A stretch of DNA of 11,095 nt from Azolla caroliniana (lineage: Eukaryota > Plantae > Polypodiophyta). The notes below the pieces were generated by a model. The model searched no databases. It saw nothing but the letters and a program-made list of their open reading frames with translations, and was not told the DNA's origin. The position numbers were made by a program, and so were the translations under genes. The stretch is taken from NCBI GenBank assembly GCA_043228905.1, contig JBHGNT010001192.1, positions 1 through 11,095 of the forward strand, written 5' to 3'. This document shows positions 6,891 to 11,095 of the stretch, in pieces; the stretch's first letter is position 1; each line of letters opens with the position of its first letter.

Positions 6891-9800
6891 TTTTTTTTTT
6901 TTTTTTTTTTTTTTAAGAAGATATCCTGTCATTAGTATAAACAAATTACAAGATTTTAAACCTCTATGTAATCGGCGGGGGAAACAACCATTTCGGTGGC
7001 TGAAAATGCCAATAAGGAGTAGTGTACCTGGATGTCACAAATGGAGTAGCTGTCCAGATAATAAGAAACTCATGCCGTTGAGCAATTTTAGCATCAGAAT
7101 CTCCCACTATACCATCCCATTGACCCTTCAAAGCATGAACTATCTCTAACCAAATATTTGAAATCACTTCAGCAGGTGGTGTTTTCAGATTATGGAAAAC
7201 GAGAGAACACCGAGCTTTCCAAATGTGATAGACAGTGGTACTACTCAATATCTCCCATATTGGCTGAACTTCCTTCCTTACTCCTGAAAACTGTAATGAC
7301 ATCAGTGATAATGTACGAACACTTCCATTTTTAGTGTAAAACCCATGGTCCATAGATTCGATGCCATAATGGAACACATCACGGGCAAGTGATGTCCAAA
7401 CGACCATGCCCCAAGTGAGAACCAACGGGGGAAAATAATTAGCGAAAATTCTAAGGAGCCGTTGCCATATCTGTTGAGAATCAATGCAGTCCCATAAACA
7501 ATGTTTTTGAGTTTCCGTTTGTAAATGACATCGAGTACAACATGAAGACACTCCCATCCTATGCAACCATGTGCCAACCGGCAACGCCTTGTGTACAACT
7601 AACCACTGTACATGTAATATTTTGTGTTGCTGTTTTCTTGCCCATAAGATAGCCCAGAATTTTGCAAGGAATTGGGGAGTAATACCTTGTTGATTCCAAT
7701 ATTGAGATGCAGCTGGTACCACATCACGTGTATCTGAAAGTACATGTCTTCCCAACTGTACAGAATATTGGAAGAAATTGAACTTGTTACCCGTGTAAGG
7801 ATCTGTCCAATGATAGTCAATTGGGTCCCAATCTAATCTGAATACCGGTCTTTTAGCTAACACCCACAGCTTCCAATGTGTCCTTATTTCCTCTATCATT
7901 GGATCAATATACCATTTACGATCGGCATATCCAATTATCCTTATCTTGTGCTCAATGGCATAGGGGTAATCTATCACCATTTCCCCGGACTGAGACAATT
8001 GATTTGTTTCATCCACCTCAAACAACCGGTATGTCTTATCATTTGAATAACCCTTAACAGCCAAGAGTACTTCCAATCTTGAAAAAACCCCAATCCATCT
8101 ATGGTTAGTGTTATTGGGTGGTATGGGTTGTCTACTCATAGCTTCTTGAATTTGTTGGTACATTATATGTCCGCCATGCATATTACGTAAGATTTCTTTT
8201 TGTTCTTCCAACGATCGCGATAAAAATTCTTTCCAAGTCTGAACTGTTTTCGCGGGACCTTCTGTCATTTTTCCCCACGATAACCATTGTCTAGAACCCA
8301 ACACAAAACCATCTGATGTTGTAAACAACGGGTTCCAAACTATCTTTTGTCTGAGATACTCAAGATAATGTTTGGGGTTCGGTTTATTGCGAAGCAAACC
8401 AGGTAGTACTTGTTTCCATGCTGCAAATAATGTCCTAATAAATTTGTCTTCCCATCTAGTGGCTGAAGGTACTCGGAAATTTTCCCTAAATATCCAATTC
8501 ACATCCTTCGACCAGGGAGCACCTAAGCGAGGAAAGCAATCTGAGCAACGGTCAAGCAATAATACTTTCCATATCTCTTGCCCCGGCATAAATCCTCTAA
8601 CGAGCAACTTACTTAACAATGCTCTTGATTGGTCCACTGGATCAATAATACCTAATCCTCCTTTAGAGCGAGGTAAGGTAATAACATCCCATTTCACTTT
8701 GGACCGAGCATTGCCTTCTGTTTTACCGGACCACAAGAAGTTACGAACCAATCTACGTATTTTCAGAATACATGACTTGGAGAATATCCAACATGACAAA
8801 ACATACCATGTTGAAGCCAATAAAACCTGATTAGCCACTACAATCCGACCAGCAAAAGATAGCTTGGCTGAACTCCATAACAACAACTTTTTCCGCAGTG
8901 ACAATAGGAGGGGTGCCACTTGATTTTCCATTGAAAGATCAATACCTATCGTACACCCTAAGTATCGAACTGGACAACCTAATGGTATCCATCGAAATTG
9001 CGGGTGTGGACTCCATAGAGGAGGCTCTACATCCCCCACCCAAAATGCAAAGGACTTGTTCCAATTAACCAGTGCACCCGAAGCCTTACAAAATGTGGAT
9101 ATGGCCAATTCTGTTTTCTGCAGATTTTCCAAATCACCTTTTAAATATAGGGCAGTGTCATCTGCAAATTCAGCGTCCCTTACTTCTATATGTGAGAATG
9201 GGATGCGTATTCCGCGTATACCAATATCACCAGCATTCAAAAAGGAAATCATTGCCTCAGCAAAAAACAGAAACAAGAAAGGAGCTAAAGGACAACCCTG
9301 TCGAACTGATCGAGAAATAGTAAACAAAGGTCCATAATTCCCAACCAGTAAAACTCTGCTTTGTGCCGAATTATATAACGAAGAAATACCTTTTATCCAT
9401 TCTTTCGAGAAACCAAAACGAGCCAGTACACCTTGTAAAAATTCCCAGTCAACACGGTCATAAGCTTTCTCAAAATCAAGCATAACAATGGCCAACTTTT
9501 GATTAGATTTGGCTGCCAAGGCAGCAGATTCCCAAAATGTATACACATTATCCAATATGCTCCTTTCTTGAATAAATCCTGTTTGCGACGGATGTATAAC
9601 TATAGGCATTATAGTACCAAGTCTTATACTAAGCGCTTTAGCTAGGATTTTATACACCGTATTCAGTAATGTAATTGGGCGCCATTTCTTGATGTCCAAT
9701 GAAGGACCTTCTGATTTAGGGATAAGGTAAATTATTCCTTCTGTAAAATGTGAAGGCATAATGCCCTCTCGAAGAATTTGTTGGAATGCTGTACATAAAT

Positions 9801-10008
9801 CTGATTTAAACAAGTCCCAATATTTAATGAAAAATGATGGGGTTAATCCATCCATACCTGGACAACTATTCTTAGGCAAAGCTTGGAGTGCTTCACTCAA
9901 TTCCTCATGAGTAAGAACGTCTTGAAGACTGGCATTCATATCCTGTGTTATTCTTGAACTCATTTTATTCCATACACAAGACCGACTTATTAAATCCTCA
10001 TCGTGCAT
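6891..10008 (-). mobile_element. 5'-truncated non-LTR retrotransposon (LINE, L1/Tx1-like)
   Basis: A24 tail (T run 6891-6914), 49-nt 3'UTR (6915-6963) and an ORF2 with RT and CCHC finger. No ORF1 or APE endonuclease. No target-site duplication found by eye. The 5' junction is approximate (~10000-10008). Confidence 0.95.
6964..10008 (-). CDS. LINE ORF2 remnant: reverse transcriptase plus zf-RVT/CCHC domain, 1014 aa uninterrupted
   Basis: Motifs: CPGMDG, LIPK, WRPITLLNTVYKI, QTGF, LDFEKAYDRVDW, VRQGCPLAP, FADD (9157-9168), RYLG, GGLG, CTRC-x8-HCLWDC (7486-7542), HIWKARC. No RNase H after the finger. Confidence 0.95.
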   Translation of the reverse strand: MHDEDLISRSCVWNKMSSRITQDMNASLQDVLTHEELSEALQALPKNSCPGMDGLTPSFFIKYWDLFKSDLCTAFQQILREGIMPSHFTEGIIYLIPKSEGPSLDIKKWRPITLLNTVYKILAKALSIRLGTIMPIVIHPSQTGFIQERSILDNVYTFWESAALAAKSNQKLAIVMLDFEKAYDRVDWEFLQGVLARFGFSKEWIKGISSLYNSAQSRVLLVGNYGPLFTISRSVRQGCPLAPFLFLFFAEAMISFLNAGDIGIRGIRIPFSHIEVRDAEFADDTALYLKGDLENLQKTELAISTFCKASGALVNWNKSFAFWVGDVEPPLWSPHPQFRWIPLGCPVRYLGCTIGIDLSMENQVAPLLLSLRKKLLLWSSAKLSFAGRIVVANQVLLASTWYVLSCWIFSKSCILKIRRLVRNFLWSGKTEGNARSKVKWDVITLPRSKGGLGIIDPVDQSRALLSKLLVRGFMPGQEIWKVLLLDRCSDCFPRLGAPWSKDVNWIFRENFRVPSATRWEDKFIRTLFAAWKQVLPGLLRNKPNPKHYLEYLRQKIVWNPLFTTSDGFVLGSRQWLSWGKMTEGPAKTVQTWKEFLSRSLEEQKEILRNMHGGHIMYQQIQEAMSRQPIPPNNTNHRWIGVFSRLEVLLAVKGYSNDKTYRLFEVDETNQLSQSGEMVIDYPYAIEHKIRIIGYADRKWYIDPMIEEIRTHWKLWVLAKRPVFRLDWDPIDYHWTDPYTGNKFNFFQYSVQLGRHVLSDTRDVVPAASQYWNQQGITPQFLAKFWAILWARKQQHKILHVQWLVVHKALPVGTWLHRMGVSSCCTRCHLQTETQKHCLWDCIDSQQIWQRLLRIFANYFPPLVLTWGMVVWTSLARDVFHYGIESMDHGFYTKNGSVRTLSLMSLQFSGVRKEVQPIWEILSSTTVYHIWKARCSLVFHNLKTPPAEVISNIWLEIVHALKGQWDGIVGDSDAKIAQRHEFLIIWTATPFVTSRYTTPYWHFQPPKWLFPPPIT

Positions 10009-10081
10009 TCAAGAGAAAGCATGTCTCAAATTCAATACCAGTTGATTGTGTGAGAACTCATTGCGAATGTAGACGCCAAGA

Positions 10082-10157
10082 CATTATGTCCCATTAGCCT
10101 TATCATTCATTGTGCGGATCACTTCATTGTGTCCCATCAACCTTATCATTCATTGTG
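10082..10157. repeat. 33-bp imperfect direct repeat, 43-bp period
   Basis: CATTATGTCCCATTAGCCTTATCATTCATTGTG (10082-10114) versus CATTGTGTCCCATCAACCTTATCATTCATTGTG (10125-10157), 3 mismatches. Confidence 0.9.
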
Positions 10158-10200
10158 ATACTGTGAGAGAACTCGTTTGCTAATGAGGCCAGTTGTGTCC

Positions 10201-10425
10201 TGTCAACCGATCCTTGTGTGTGGATCACTTCATGAAAGCAATTGATTGCGCTTGAAAACTCATATGAGAATGAGGAAGTGGAGCATTTTGTGGTGTCAAC
10301 CGATCCTTGTGTGTGGATCACTTCATGAAAGCACTTCATTGCATGTGAAAACTCATATGAGAATGAGGAGGCGTGGAGCATTCTGTTGGTCAACTGATCA
10401 TTGCATGTGGATCTCTTCACAAAGG
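10201..10425. repeat. ~93-bp tandem repeat, about 2.4 copies, with decayed partial units back to ~10040
   Basis: Units start TGTCAACCGATCCTTGTGTGTGGATCACTTCATGAAAGCA at 10201 and 10294, with a diverged third at 10388. Related fragments lie at 10041-10069, 10111-10127 and 10163-10188. Confidence 0.92.
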
Positions 10426-10650
10426 AAATAGAACCTAAGTAGACAACGTTAAAGGTATTGTTGAGCATCACTAATTAGTAGAAGAAGATGTGTTAGCATT
10501 TTTATTTTTATTTTCCATAAAAATATGATCCATTAGTATTAATAAAAAGCCAAATGCAATATACAAATAGTACATAATATTGTTTCCTCTGCACAAATAT
10601 ATATTATCAAAAAAACTACATTGTTGCCAATAACACCTTTGCTAGCAGAG

Positions 10651-10718
10651 CACATATAAACCTTGAGAAGATTCCATTGCTATGTCGAGCTATAAGACCA
10701 CATATAAACCTTGAGAAG
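10651..10718. repeat. 20-bp perfect direct repeat, 48-bp period
   Basis: CACATATAAACCTTGAGAAG occurs at 10651-10670 and 10699-10718. Confidence 0.92.
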
Positions 10719-11095
10719 GCCTCCACTTTAGCACAAATAAGCCTCTTTATCACCTCTTTTCCATTCACCTTTGCTTGAACATGTGGGACATTGAAGATGT
10801 GTTAGCATTTGAGTGAAGCAAGTCCTCTTGAAGTGATTCAAGCCTTCTTTTAGTTTTCCTAGCCATCTCTTGGTTCGAAACTCCGGTAGTTCCACACACT
10901 CATGCACAGATCCAACACTTATTTCTCCATCATTACTTTCACTCAAGTCTCCAAAAATGGCTATTGATTGCCAAATTGGCTATAACTTGGCTTGGTTAGG
11001 TTTAGCTCTTGGCAAATGGTTATTGATGATTTGTCAATTATTGCTTAGCTCTACAATCAATCATTGCTCAACTCTCAATTTGTATAAAAGATCAT

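Noticed and set aside
6832-9337. Short ORFs within the microsatellite and LINE
   Set aside because: They are translations of simple repeats or of antisense/alternate frames of ORF2.
6870-10030. Target-site duplication flanking the LINE
   Set aside because: The sequence left of the T run (TTTATGTAAG) does not recur near 9990-10030.
10082-10718. Spaced direct repeats beside a reverse transcriptase, suggesting CRISPR, retron or DGR
   Set aside because: There are only two to three copies each, the long units are tandem without unique spacers, no cas or accessory genes are present, and the RT is a poly(A)-tailed eukaryotic LINE.
10728-10946. 72-aa ORF with CPTC, a possible gag zinc knuckle
   Set aside because: The CX2CX4HX4C motif is incomplete, the ORF has a non-ATG start, and there is no other support.

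Overview
Land-plant nuclear DNA, most likely from a fern (inferred from the PPR/E/DYW motif style). Two intronless PLS-class PPR genes (organellar RNA-editing factor family) face each other. Gene 1 (+, open at the left edge, ends 1384) is PLS-E1-E2 plus a degenerate DYW:WW-like deaminase domain. That domain has lost the HxE histidine, part of the gating region and the DYW tripeptide, but keeps the other zinc ligands. Gene 2 (-, 4704-6545) is PLS-E with a truncated E2, no DYW domain and an acidic N-terminus containing in-frame microsatellites. Between them lies 3.3 kb of eroded transposon debris (a Ty3/gypsy RT-RNaseH relic, possible hAT and LINE relics). Upstream of gene 2 and on the same strand is a young, 5'-truncated L1/Tx1-type LINE with an intact 1014-aa RT + CCHC ORF, no endonuclease and an A24 tail; the tail abuts a compound (TATG)n microsatellite. 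A degenerate ~93-bp tandem array follows the LINE 5' junction. I cannot demonstrate a wholly new system; the pseudo-deaminase PPR and the LINE/microsatellite/PPR arrangement are the best leads.
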